Source: Ylistrum balloti (lineage: Eukaryota). Taken from it: DNA of 64,000 nt. The position numbers and the translations under genes are program-made. The first letter of the stretch is position 1; each line of letters opens with the position of its first letter. Positions 39,004 to 51,589 of this stretch are shown piece after piece. The stretch covers positions 434,001-498,000 of the forward strand of contig NW_026782479.1 of assembly GCF_031769215.1 (NCBI RefSeq). Reading direction: 5' to 3'. The notes under the pieces were generated by a model, which did no database searches, was not told the origin of the DNA, and worked only from the letters and a program-made list of their open reading frames with translations.

Positions 39004-40775
39004 GTCAGTCTAGATATCATTAAGAATTTAATTGTTGGTCAGAATTCTATTATTTAACATCAGGTATATGATTATTAGAATGGATAGCGTGAGGTTGGAG
39101 GACATGTTTTCTAAAGCCCTTCAAATAGGTATTATGTGCAATACCAGTCATATAATTACTTCTTATAAATGTTGTACAATATGACTATTGACAAGTCTCA
39201 ATCCTAATACTAATTATTTGTCATTGAATTTATCTCGAACAACAGCAGGGACTTTTATTGTCCCTGATTTTTTTTCTCTTGGGTTTGAAATTTTTCATTT
39301 GACAGCATTAAAATCGCTTACTGTAGGAGGTCAATATTTAAGGGATTTGTTTTTAGATTGTCTGACTCTTGAAAATTACAGGTTGAAATCTACAGTAATG
39401 CACTGTATGTGAAGCATGACATGTTTTCACATTGGTTGATTCAATGTGAGCCGTCATGCTGCACGTTTCTGGCTGACATGGAATCAATATTTGCACCTAG
39501 AGATAATGGAGAAAGGCCATTCTGTGCCTTCATCAAGTGATTTATTTTCTTCTAATGAAACATCAAGTGATTTATTTTCTGCTCAGTAACATTGATTCAT
39601 ATTCTTCACATTTTGTCTGTAAAGATTTTTGTATATCTGCCTCAGCCAACAGTCTGTGTACAGTCATAATTATCCAGTAAATTTGTTTTTCTTAACAAAA
39701 ATATTTTACAAAAACATGCTTCATGCTTCAACATTCAAATGATTCATGATTCAACAGACAAAAAATCTACTTTTTTTTTGTTTTCACAGAATATTAACCT
39801 GACTTTGATTACATGTGTGATATAGCTTGAAGTATGTAACGTATAATTTGACTAGATTTTGTTCCGTGTGGCAAGCTATGAGAAACTGGTACACCTGTGT
39901 CTGTACACATGCTTTGTGCAGTCATAGCTATGTGTAAACCACAGACATTGAGAGGTTAAGAGACCACAGCTCTTTGACTCATTTACAAAATTCCAGGTTG
40001 AAACAGGGATTTCCCCGGATGTTAGGTTTTATACTCTGTACTGGTTAATTGGTTGAGATTCTATAGCTGCCAATAACTTATTACTTCTGTATCACAGTAC
40101 ATATGTTCATTTGAAGTAACACATAATTAGGATTAATTTAGTGGTGGGTGACTTGGAAGAATTAGTCATCCCGGTTTGTGGTTAGAAGGATTATTTCTTT
40201 GAAACATAGCACAGGAAAATTTTTGAGACAAAAATTCAAGTGACAATTATCATGAATCGTGATGTTCAGCTTTGCTTTGATACATATACTAATAGCTTAT
40301 AATTAATTTTTTTCTTTGTTAGCATCATAAAAAAGTGAGAATTTGATTTGAGGAGGTGCCAGAGATTTTGTGGAAGTGTACATATTAATGGTCTTCCTTT
40401 CTGTTTTGTTGTTGTCTGGGTTCATGTTCCTTCTCCTATATCAAGCAACGCAGTGTTTGGTAATAAGCCCACCCATAATCAGATTCATTTAAGAAAACAA
40501 ATACATTCTCATTGACTGGTAATAAATCCACCCCAGCTCTGAGTCGAAAATGTTTTTTGTTATCAAGGGCATTTTTTTTAGGAGATAAATTTATTATGTT
40601 ACAGACCTGGAATTGACTCATATTGTGTCAAATTATTGTTATACTGGTACTGTTTGCTTAGAATTTAGTTCTTAGATTAAAGATAATTGATTACTTTCAA
40701 ACAAATCACTCCGAGTCATTGCATTCTGTAGAATGCTGGCGGTGGATTTAGGGAACAATCTCCTGGTTTAAAGTA

Positions 40776-41084
40776 AACAGTTGCAGTAACAGTGTGATGC
40801 ATGCAAAATAGAAATCCACTTAATTTTCAAGTATCTTGTTCAGTCTATTTACAATGCATTAGGAGATGCGAAATCCTGAAGGTACATGAAAAAAAAACCT
40901 TAGATACATTTCATAGTTAATTTCAATAACAGTCGCAGTAACAGTGTGATGCATGCAAAATAGAAATCCACTTAATTTTCAGGCATCTTGTTCAGTCTAT
41001 TTAACATGCATTAGGAGATGCGAAATCCTGAAGGTACATGAAAAAAAAAAACCTTAGATACATTTCATAGTTAATTTCAATAAC
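40776..41084. repeat. ~152-bp near-identical tandem duplication
   Basis: aacagtYgcagtaacagtgtgatgcatgcaaaatag...ttaatttcaat twice, differing by a few substitutions and the length of an A-run. Confidence 0.92.
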
Positions 41085-42747
41085 CGTAATCTGAGCATGT
41101 CCTGTTTTTGAAATTCTGTTAGGTATCTAACTATCTCTGCATATTGATATGATATTAATAAGTAGTGTCTTGGCCTAATATACTAGCTGACCATATCTCA
41201 CACCCTTTGATTGACATCATAATGTTGCCATTCCAAAATATTGTATATTGCAGTCTTTCACATCGGTATGTGAGTATAATACTAACATTCACAACTGTAC
41301 TTAAAGTCCTGCAGTCCCCACAGCTGAAATCAAAGAAATTGCCAACCCTAAGAAATAAGACTTTCTGATACCAAATTAATCAAGTTATTGGGGAATCTTT
41401 TGAATTGCTCACAATTGTAAAGATTCAGTGTATTCAACTGCGAAAGAACAAGACAAAATATCTGTAATACAAATTTGTTAAGAAAAAAAGATATTTGGAA
41501 GTCATGATATTTATTTCCTCTGCTTATATTCCAAAAGTTGGAAGACATGTCTCTGTAATGTACAGACAAGCTTACCTTAAATCCATTGTGAGCTAAAGAA
41601 CCTCTTGTGTTTCTCTTGTGTCCTGTATATCTGGGTGTGTCACAAAAAGATACATTATCTCTCTCCTCTCATTAATAATGTCCCCACAGATAGTGTTAGG
41701 TACAGTGTACCAAGATAATTAGTGTGTCTGCAGTACTTTTATCATTTTGTCACTTCTCAAATCCCTGGACAAATATGGACACTTTTCACTTTGTTCTGTC
41801 TCGATTCCCCTAACATACACCAACTGTACATCTGTACTTAGAGACAAAAACAAAAACAAAAGGTTTGTGAACAGTTAAGCTGTTTAGACACACATTAGGC
41901 ATCATTAAAGGTAACAATGCCTAGTTCATATAATTCTGTAAAGTTAGTATACAGAAAATAAAAGGTTTTGCTGGGCTAGAAGTTTCAGTGGAATCTGACT
42001 GTCTGGAGCCAGCTGGCATTTCAGACTTTTTCCGATGTCTTGTGATCCTTTGTTTTTGAATTGGATCATTCCTAGTCTTGCTACACAGTAGACAGCATTG
42101 TATACTAGTAGGTGAAGGAGAAATTAAATGAGTAACAGACAATACACTTTGTCATCAAACCTTTACGATATAGGGAAACAACACTAAATCAGTTAGATAT
42201 TAATTACTAATTACTTAATCACTATGAAGCACACCATGATTTGTTGGATTATTGGACAGGATGTCAGAATACATAGCGGTCAGATTAGAAGGTTTGATGA
42301 ATAGAGAAGCTAAGTATAGCTGCAGTGTGGAAACTACTAAAGGATAATAAATGTGCATTGATACAAGATTTTATTAAACAAGTGTGAGAAGCCGTGATAA
42401 GCAAAATTTAAAACATCAAAACAATTTCTGTGAAATATATGAAATAAGAACAAATTTAACATATTTGAGAAAAGTTACAATTCTGTCAGGGCTTTGTTAC
42501 AGCGTAAATGTTGATGACTATAAATCAAACAGAGGCAGCCATCTTGATGCACTATTTTCAATTCATGACATACTTTCATTGTCAATATCATGGGTTCAGA
42601 ATCCATTTCTGACTGGCACAGCCAATGAAAAAAATTTCATTATATATATGTGATATACACTAGATAACAAGATTATGTCAAATCAATTAATCAGATCAAA
42701 TTCTTACATCCAGGAGGCTTTTATAGTTGACTTATCATATTACCGTT

Positions 42748-43232
42748 ACAAATTTACCCTGTAATAAGTCCAGGGTCAGACCAACATACAAATTTATCCT
42801 GTAATAAGTCCAGGGTCAGACCAACATACAAATTTATCCTGTAATAAGTCCAGGGTCAGACCAACATACAAATTTATCCTGTAATAAGTCCAGGGTCAGA
42901 CCAACATACAAATTTATCCTGTAATAAGTCCAGGGTCAGACCAACATACAAATTTATCCTGTTATAAGTCCTAGGTCAGACCAACATACAAATTTATCCT
43001 GTAATAAGTCCAGGGTCAGACCAACATACAAATTTATCCTGTAATAAGTCCAGGGTCATGTCAACATACAAATTTATCTTGTAATAAGTCCAGGGTCTCA
43101 ACATACAAATTTATCCTGTAATAAGTCCAGGGTCATGTCAACATACAAAATTTATCCTGTAATAAGCCCAGGGTCAGACCAACATACAAATTTATTCTGT
43201 AATAAGTCCAGGGTCATGTCAACATACAAATT
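42748..43232. repeat. 40-bp minisatellite, 12 units
   Basis: Unit acaaatttatcctgtaataagtccagggtcagaccaacat; the last units vary (37-41 bp). Confidence 0.97.
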
Positions 43233-44832
43233 CATTCTTAATTTCAAAGTCAGGTAGTGGGCTTATTGTTTCACAATAAGATAACATAGAGTCACATCTT
43301 TTCTATGAACAGGAATATATATGATGGACCTATTTTCAGACATCAAAATTGAATGAACACAGCATATACAATATATCTGTACAAATTAATTTGTTTTTTG
43401 GTGACGTGTATGGTTTAACAGTCATTTAAAAGTATTTAATATACACATCTTTATCCACTCTTTTTCTAAAAGTAATACAGCCAATTAGATAGATATGAAT
43501 CTTCTGTTTTTGTTGATCAGAAGAATGGGATAAAGCTGGTGTAGTATTTCAGTCTCAGGTCAATATTTTTCTTCCTTATTGTAATATATATATCGCAGAC
43601 ACTCGATCATGCCTCAAGCTGAATCTTCTTACAAGTGTTTGAAAGTAAAACTCAATTCAACTGGAAACAACATTACCGCTGTGACTCAAACAGGACAATT
43701 TGTGTTGTTGATTATTTGAACCCGCACTTCCTTATAAGTTAAGATATATTTTTACACTAAACAAAATGCTGTGTAGCCAGTCAGGTCAATGACCTTGATA
43801 ATGTTTTATGCAGGACTAATCATGGAAAATTTTGTTGTTTTTAAATTTTTTATCTGACGTTTTAATAGATCACCATAAGCTTTAAGTATATTACGGTAAT
43901 ATACCTAATATATCATTATGGTTATGATCTGGTTAAAGAAAAATGACTTCATTGAACAAAAATATGGTAAGGTATTTTAGCGTGATTTGTATAAGTGAGT
44001 TAGGAAGACATAACTTTACCCACATTAGTAGGAGCATATATTGCCAGCTGTATGTGGATCCATTAGGTAATTGATGTTACAAAGTGTGATAAAGGTTGTG
44101 TTATATATAACCTATAGATACTTGGAGATTCAATACCAGGTTTATGTAATTGATATCATCATGTCTATACAACAGAAGAGAATTGAGAAAAACCAGTTGA
44201 TAAATGTTTATATTTATTTGTAGGTAATTTGTTTATGTTTGACAACATCCTTTATTGGATGTGAAATTTACCTGTTTTTATTTGTAACTGTCTTATATAA
44301 TACCAGTAATAAAATAATGAGATTTGTATTGTAATAAATTTTACTTAAAGTTTGGGATGGATTTATCACAATGTACTCTCACTCTCTGTTCACGCTATGA
44401 TATTACAGTGTGATAGCACTTTAAAAATATGCATCAGTGGCCAAGTCAAACATAGGCACCATCTTCATATGTCCTACACTGCAGCATTACATGAATATAT
44501 TAAATCTTTTATCTTTGACTTAATTCCTGTATCCTTAGTTCACGCCTATTTGTCAAGACACAAATATTACACAACTTTTCATTACACTAATACACAGTAT
44601 TAACAATTGAACTTTTACCTTCATATAGCTCCTTCTGTTACCCAATTATCACCTGAACCAGCAGATGTGTATCTGGGTTTCATCAATGGAGTTGTATAGG
44701 GATATTAAAATTCTACTCAACCAGTTAAAATTTCTAGATGACTACAATATTAACCAAGAATGTATGTACCTTTGGACCCATACTTTATACATTAAACTTT
44801 CAAACAAAACTTTATTTTGCCGAGTGTTGAAT

Positions 44833-45007
44833 TACAGTAAAACCTCATTATCTCAGACTCGTATAATTCGAAGCCCCCCTTTGAAGTATTTCATCTGTCC
44901 CTGCCAAATTTTTCACCAAACGCTGGATCTCACTTAAATCGAATACTCTGATAACTCAAAAGTTTGCTTACTGTCCTGCCGACTTTGAAACAACAAGTAT
45001 GACTGTA
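44833..45007. mobile_element. TA-flanked Tc1/pogo-type MITE with decayed TIRs
   Basis: TA|CAGTAAAACCTCATTATCTCAGAC ... GACTTTGAAACAACAAGTATGACTG|TA. Several differences between the ends fit CpG decay of CAGTCAAACCTCGTTATCTCG. Confidence 0.6.
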
Positions 45008-45242
45008 TATCAGAAAATTAAAAACATATTTCAGCATTACAACAAGCAGAAGCCTGTTTTTCCTTGCTTTTGTATACAATCTCACACATAGAATTCTATA
45101 CATCTAGATCTCCTTCTCTGAATGACTACCAGTAATGTTGTCCTATGAGAGATTAATTAGACAGAAGACTTAAGACAAACCCTTCTAAACTCTATCTCTC
45201 CCTTTACTGCCATACAAGCTGATGTTGACAAGGGTTTTATAA

Positions 45243-45638
45243 CAGAAGACACATCACACATCCTCATCGCCTCTCATTCACCTCATATCTTCTCTCAGAA
45301 GACACATCTCACATCCTCATCGCCTCTCATTCACCTCATATCTTCTCTCAGAAGACACATCTCACATCCTCATCGCCTCTCATTCACCTCATATCTTCTC
45401 TCAGAAGACACATCTCACATCCTCATCGCCTCTCATTCACCTCATATCTTTTCTCAGAAGACACGTCTCACATCCTCATCACCTCTCCTTCACCTCATAT
45501 CTTCTCTCAGAAGACGCATCTCACATCCTCATCGCCTCTCATTCACCTCATATCTTCTCTCAGAAGACACATCTCACATCCTCATCGCCTCTCATTCACC
45601 TCATATCTTCTCTCAGAAGACACATCTCACATCCTCAT
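45243..45638. repeat. 53-bp minisatellite, about 7.5 units, G-poor on the plus strand
   Basis: Unit cagaagacacatctcacatcctcatcgcctctcattcacctcatatcttctct. Confidence 0.97.
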
Positions 45639-46113
45639 TATCTTCCATCTTCCCATATCTTCTTCAGTGTTTTTCCCTGTCTCAGCAATTTCTACTGTAG
45701 AGTACCAGTCTACAGGTTACAGACTAAGAAAAATGTTATTGTTGACATTCTGTATCTATACACATTTCCACCTGTGTGTTACCCATCCCTTGTATAGCTT
45801 AAGACTCTGTAATAGCACTGGTGAGAAGCTCCTACGGGTACATATATAAGTATATGTAAGTATCTAGGGAGATCCTGGTAGTGAGGCCAGAGATAGACAC
45901 AAGAATCCATATACCTCTAGGGCTGTTACGCTTTCTAGAAATATGCTAACTTGATTTAACAACATCTGTAAATGTTGTTCTACTTACCATAAATATCCTA
46001 AAATTCCTTACCTGGATTCAATAATACTAAGTTATGTGTTGTTACTCAACATAGATACTTAAATTGATTAAACAAGGCCTGTAAGGTCTTCTGATTCCTG
46101 TTATTGTTTCCTG

Positions 46114-46685
46114 TACCAATAGATATTCTAAAAACATACCATGTACAGTGTATTTGACCTAGAAGGCACCACATCCCAGGTCCTGTAAATCTGTTAGTTT
46201 TCAGTACCAATAAATATTCTAAAAACATACCTGGATGTGACCTAGAAGGCACCACATCCCAGGTCCTGTAAATCTGTTAGGTTCTAATACCAATAAATAT
46301 TCTAAAAACATACCTGGATGTGACCTAGAAGGCACCACATCCCAGGTCCTGTACATCTGTTAGGTTCTAGTACCAATAAATATTCTAAAAACATACCTGG
46401 ATGTGACCTAGAAGGCACCACATCCCAGGTCCTGTACATCTGTTAGGTTCTAGTACCAATAAATATTCTAAAAACATACCTGGATGTGACCTAGAAGGCA
46501 CCACATCCCAGGTCCTGTACATCTGTTAGGTTCTAGTACCAATAAATATTCTAAAAACATACCTGGATGTGACCTAGAAGGCACCACATCCCAGGTCCTG
46601 TAAATCTGTTAGGTTCTAGTACCAATAAATATTCTAAAAACATACCTGGATGTGACCTAGAAGGCACCACATCCCAGGTCCTCTA
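46114..46685. repeat. 83-bp minisatellite, about 6.8 units, each with an internal hairpin
   Basis: Unit taccaataaatattctaaaaacatacctggatgtgacctagaaggcaccacatcccaggtcctgtacatctgttaggttctag, starting at 46205, 46288, 46371, 46454, 46537 and 46620, plus a divergent first unit at 46114. Confidence 0.97.
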
Positions 46686-47169
46686 AATGTGCTTTCCATA
46701 ATTAATAATTAAGTTGGTACATTAAATACACTACATGAAACATCAGGGAAAATTAAAACAACCCTGACTGTCTATAATTGACTTCTTGGCAAAGATGATA
46801 TGCATTTACGGCTATACTGAACTTTGTAACATGTATGTTGTATATATTATTATTGACAGTAACGTGGTAAACATACCAGAGCAATATATGTTTCCCTATT
46901 TTACGATTATGAAATAAAACCTCTCTGTCTCATTATCTGGCTTTCTGATTGATATAACAGCTTAATTCTAAACACAGTACAGTAATACAACTTTTCTATA
47001 GGATATGAAAAACTAGCATTTGCTTCTGCAAGTCTGTGTATGTTGTACAGGCATTGTTACCCTCAGTACTTAATTTGACCTTATAGAACTTTGATCTCTG
47101 ATCATTTCCTTGTTATTGAGGCTAAATATCACATCATGGAAAATCACCAAATTAGTTTGATAAAGGAAG

Positions 47170-47545
47170 TTTTTATTCGATCATCTAACCCGACGGGTCA
47201 TGATTACCTATAGCCATGTGCTTCGTCTGTTGTCGTCCACCATATGTAAACTTTTAACATCTCAAACTTCTTCTCAAGTTTCACTGGTAGATTGAGCTCC
47301 AACTTGCATGAAATGATCCTGAGATGGTCCTGACCAAGTGTTGTTATTTTTCAGGTTTGTCTGAAATCCAAGATGGCCGCCATGGCCCCTATCTTGAAAA
47401 ACAAATTTTAAACTTCTTTTCCAGTTCCACTGGTGCCATTGAGCTAAAATGTGGTGGTAATGTTAAAGAAAGGTAGCCAATAAAGTGTTGTTATTTTTCG
47501 ACCCTGTCAAAACTTTGATGCAGCAGCAAGGGACGGCATTTTGTA
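47170..47545 (+). mobile_element. Degenerate HINE/DTC84-like element with two ~146-bp internal satellite-like units
   Basis: 5' T-run and hairpin acccgacgggt, a gtcgtc microsatellite-like tract, then aacttcttctcaagtttcactggt...aagtgttgttatttt at 47265, repeated at about 47411; includes tccaagatggccgccatggcc. Confidence 0.6.
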
Positions 47546-50500
47546 ACATGATTGCACAATCATGGTTTTATATGCAACCCCTATTTCAAACTTTCACCAG
47601 TTGGATTTAGATCCAACTTTACTGTCCAAAAATAGGTAACACTTGTTCCAGTTTCCTACTCCTCACCAAAACTACCATTTGCATCATGGCTTTTTAGTTA
47701 GATTTCATTCAAAGTGGAAAAAGCAACCCTTCTCCCTGCTGAAAGTTTTTTGTAGTCAGATGACCGTTAAGGCCTGTGGGCCTCTTGTTACAGTTATACA
47801 CATTATGATAAATTTGATCGACACCAAATGTTTGTAAAGTGTATCTTGTTATATCTATCTGTTGAGACTTTTAGACAGGTGGTCAGTCTGGTTCAGTAAG
47901 GTGTCTTTCCTGTCTAGCCGTGCTATAAATTCTACAGACAAATGATTTATGTGACATCAACATCTACCTTTGATAATTGATCAGTATTAGACAATGATGA
48001 AGACTTCAGACAGTTGCTAAGATACATGAGCACAGTTATCAAATACATGTCCTTTCATTTAAATGAACGATATTGCCCTCATTTCCTTGCTGTTCTTCAT
48101 TGGTAATGAATTAAAATAGAAATGCATTTTGAACTTTAAATGTATTTACTATAAACCTGTATCTATGCAGCAATTATAAGACTGTGCCTGTTTATGTTTA
48201 CCCATCTATTATTGTTCAGTGAAAATACGTAGTAATATCTTTTTCCATTAATAAGCCCTATCCCTGACTTTGAGTGAGAATGCTGACCGTTGGTCCTTAC
48301 TCTAGGTCAAGTACAGTATTATAATAGATACTAGTCATCTAATATGACATCTAATTGACACACCCAATGTGGACAGCATTGGACATGTGATTGGTCATTG
48401 TATTACTAGGTATAATTGTCAATTCCTTATTTAGACGTCACAACTAAAACATTTTTGGTAGACTATCAGAGTTGATTCTGTCACCAGATTGATGTCATTT
48501 AAGATATCTTTTTTATGTAAAAAACAACGACAAATATGCAGATACACTTTGTTGTAGACTATTTTTTAAAATGACAGGCAATTTATTTATAAAACAAACA
48601 ATGAACTATTGAATAATTAATGTTTATCAAACGTTCCTGGTGGATAAATGGCTTCATTATGTAATTGAGGGAGCCTCTGGTCTCAAAACCAGTTACCATC
48701 CTATCCTGGTGTTAACAGGAATCTTATACACATGTGTCGGACTGTATTGGTTCATACAGGTGTAATAACGAGACAGGTAGGCATCTGTGGGAGACGGGCA
48801 CACCTGGTTCAGGTTATATCTCAGGTTCGACCAGGCCAGACAGACCTATACGTACAAAAGATGCACAGCCGTGTATAATCTGTTATTCCACGAACATAAT
48901 GATCATTGACCTCTTACTACTACAGCAAGTTTCATTCCCAAGTTACATGTACCAAAGGAGATGTCTCATGTTGTGGAAAGTGTCTGGCTCGTGCTCATAA
49001 ATGCTTGGTGATCAACTTGATTAGATAATTACTGGATTACATCATCTTGACTGGATTTACTTGAATTTGATAGTGCCAGGATGTATGAGACAGTGAATTT
49101 GTGACAACATTAGTTCAGTAACTTGACAAGGTCTGCAGTCTTGATCAGTATCATCTGTTTCATTGGGGTTATATATATATATATTGTGATGTGATGGACT
49201 CCTATAGGAATTTTCCTCAGGATGCTTACAACAGAGACTGAAGTGTCAATGTGACTTACCAAGGATGTAGTGTAAGTTTCCTTGTTTGTGTATCCCTAGG
49301 CTATATAAATGAACTTATTTCATCAGACCTATTTTAAGGACAGAAGAAGAGTCATCTGTAACCATGCCAACAGTTCTGCCAAATATGTATGCATGCCAAC
49401 TTTCCTTGTTTTGGAAGGATTTTTTGTCCTAGCAGATTTTAGTCATGAACCATTAGTATATTTCATACTCTTCAGAGTTTAAAAAAAAATTAAAAAAGAA
49501 CAGCGTTAATGTATTTTATGGTTATTAGTATAGAGTATCACTTAGTCCATCTCTTGACAGAAAACTACAGTCCATTTAATGATGGAGAAAACTACAGTAC
49601 ATCTCATGATTTCCATGAAAAATACATGTTGAGTTTTTTCGTAAATCCATGAATGATGGATCCATCGTAAAAAACAACCTTCACAGTAATTAAGTTTGAT
49701 GTAGCTGTTGCGAGAGACAATCTTGGATCATTAAGTGTTGGACTTGTGAATGAGATTTGAAAGAAGATCCAGCCATTTAACCCTTGTACCAATACAGATA
49801 ATATTCTGAGTGGGTGCCAATATAAGTCTAAGCTGGGATGGGCTGGCCTTGTCCTTGAGTTGTACACGACAGAATATTAGTGATTGTTGTTACGTTATAT
49901 ATGACATGGATTTATACTGATCACTAAAATATCTGGTAAGACTTTGATTTACAATGGTAATATTTTGGTTTTGATTCATGATTAGAAATCAAGATTTTAG
50001 ATATCAAATATTTCATTTTGTGCATTAAACTGTCACCATTGTTTTAACTTGTCTATACATGTCTTTTAAATTACATGGAAAAGTTTGTGCTTCACGCTTA
50101 CAGTAAAAAGGAGAAGCATTAATTTTTGTGATTTATCATCCTTTATTTTTAATGTCTTTCAATATTTGAAAGAAGTTAAAGATATTTCAGTATTAGCAGT
50201 TTTATGAGCTGTTTCATAATTATGCACAAATTTCTGAACTACTGATAACTGACGTAGGCCCAGTGACACATACAGAGTAAAAGTGTTAACAGCAGTTAGT
50301 TGTTATTGTTTTACACCCTGATGTAACCTGTAAGATGGCTAACGTTTCATGAACTAGGTAACATTTATTTTTTATGTTTTGAAACAGCATTATTAGTCGG
50401 CATCCTGTCTGAACTTCATCGATAGTAGTTACAATGTTGAAAGGGAAATGTGTTAAATTTCTAGTTTTCAGTAATACAAAAAGACATATTTCCTCAAACA

Positions 50501-50779
50501 TACTAGTACATACTGGTTGTGCCTGTATCAACTGGGGAAATAATGGAAGGTGATGATTCTAAACTGATATATATAAAATCATGAAATATTCAGTGTTTAA
50601 TTTTGTAGGAATATTCGTATTGAGAGGAAGATTACAAGCGATTTTTGTCCAAAGACAAAACTGTATATACCTGGTACTTTGTTTGTGACAAATTTCTTCT
50701 ATTTTGAGGCCATCGTTGACTTATAGTCCAATTTTATTAAGTGTATGTAAAACAGTATCTATTTGTTGTGTATTTTCAG

Positions 50780-50863
50780 GCCCTAGTGCTCCGAGTCCAC
50801 AGACGGCAGCCCAGAGGAAGGCTCACCGCAGACTTACTCGGGAGGACAACAGATATCATTCTG
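50780..50863 (+). CDS. DIP2: DIP2 exon 3
   Basis: (G)PSAPSPQTAAQRKAHRRLTREDNRYHS; 84 nt, phase 1 to 1, donor GTAAGG. Confidence 0.92.
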
Positions 50864-51589
50864 GTAAGGTTAAACTGTATGTCAGTAAGCCTGCTTATAT
50901 TTATTGCTATAAATGTTATTTCATTGTGTTGTAATAAGCCCATCCTTTGTGACTATTGAGTCAAGGTTGTTAACATGTCCCCTCAGTGACCCTCACCCTC
51001 CTAGGATAAGTAAGATTGTAAAAAACCACCGGGGTAATCCTTTTAAATTCCTTTATTATTTTTCTCTAATTTTATGGACATTTGCTTCACTTAGAGCTTT
51101 TCAGTTATGCCAGAAACTTCATTTCCTCTTTCCTTCTAATTAGTAAGTATTATCACAGCTATTGTATTATTTCAGAGCTGTTATACAATGATAAATCTAC
51201 ATACAAGTCCCAAGGCCAGGAAATATACTCAAAGAATTTTCATGGAATTTCTAAAAATACTTGAATTTTACATCTTGGGACCTGTTGTTTTTAACAATTA
51301 AGTAGAATGTAGTTTGATCACAGATTGATATCTGTATATTAAAATCTGATCTTTAATATTGAATATGTGGATTGGCTATGGACAATTTCTTTAATTGATT
51401 GATTTATGATTTAGTAGAAACAGTTTTAAATATGGAAGGAAAAAATTTATGAATCAGATAGCTGCATTTTGTGCATAAAAAATCAATTGTTGCAAAATGT
51501 GTAGGCATATCTGTTTGATCAGCTGTTTAGTTCAGTTTTACTCTTAACCATACAAAATATATAGTGTGTTGTCCATAACTGAAGCTGAT

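Noticed and set aside
39790-39831. 42-nt cassette exon candidate with a strong acceptor in DIP2 intron 2
   Set aside because: The required phase gives an immediate TAA, and nothing else supports it.
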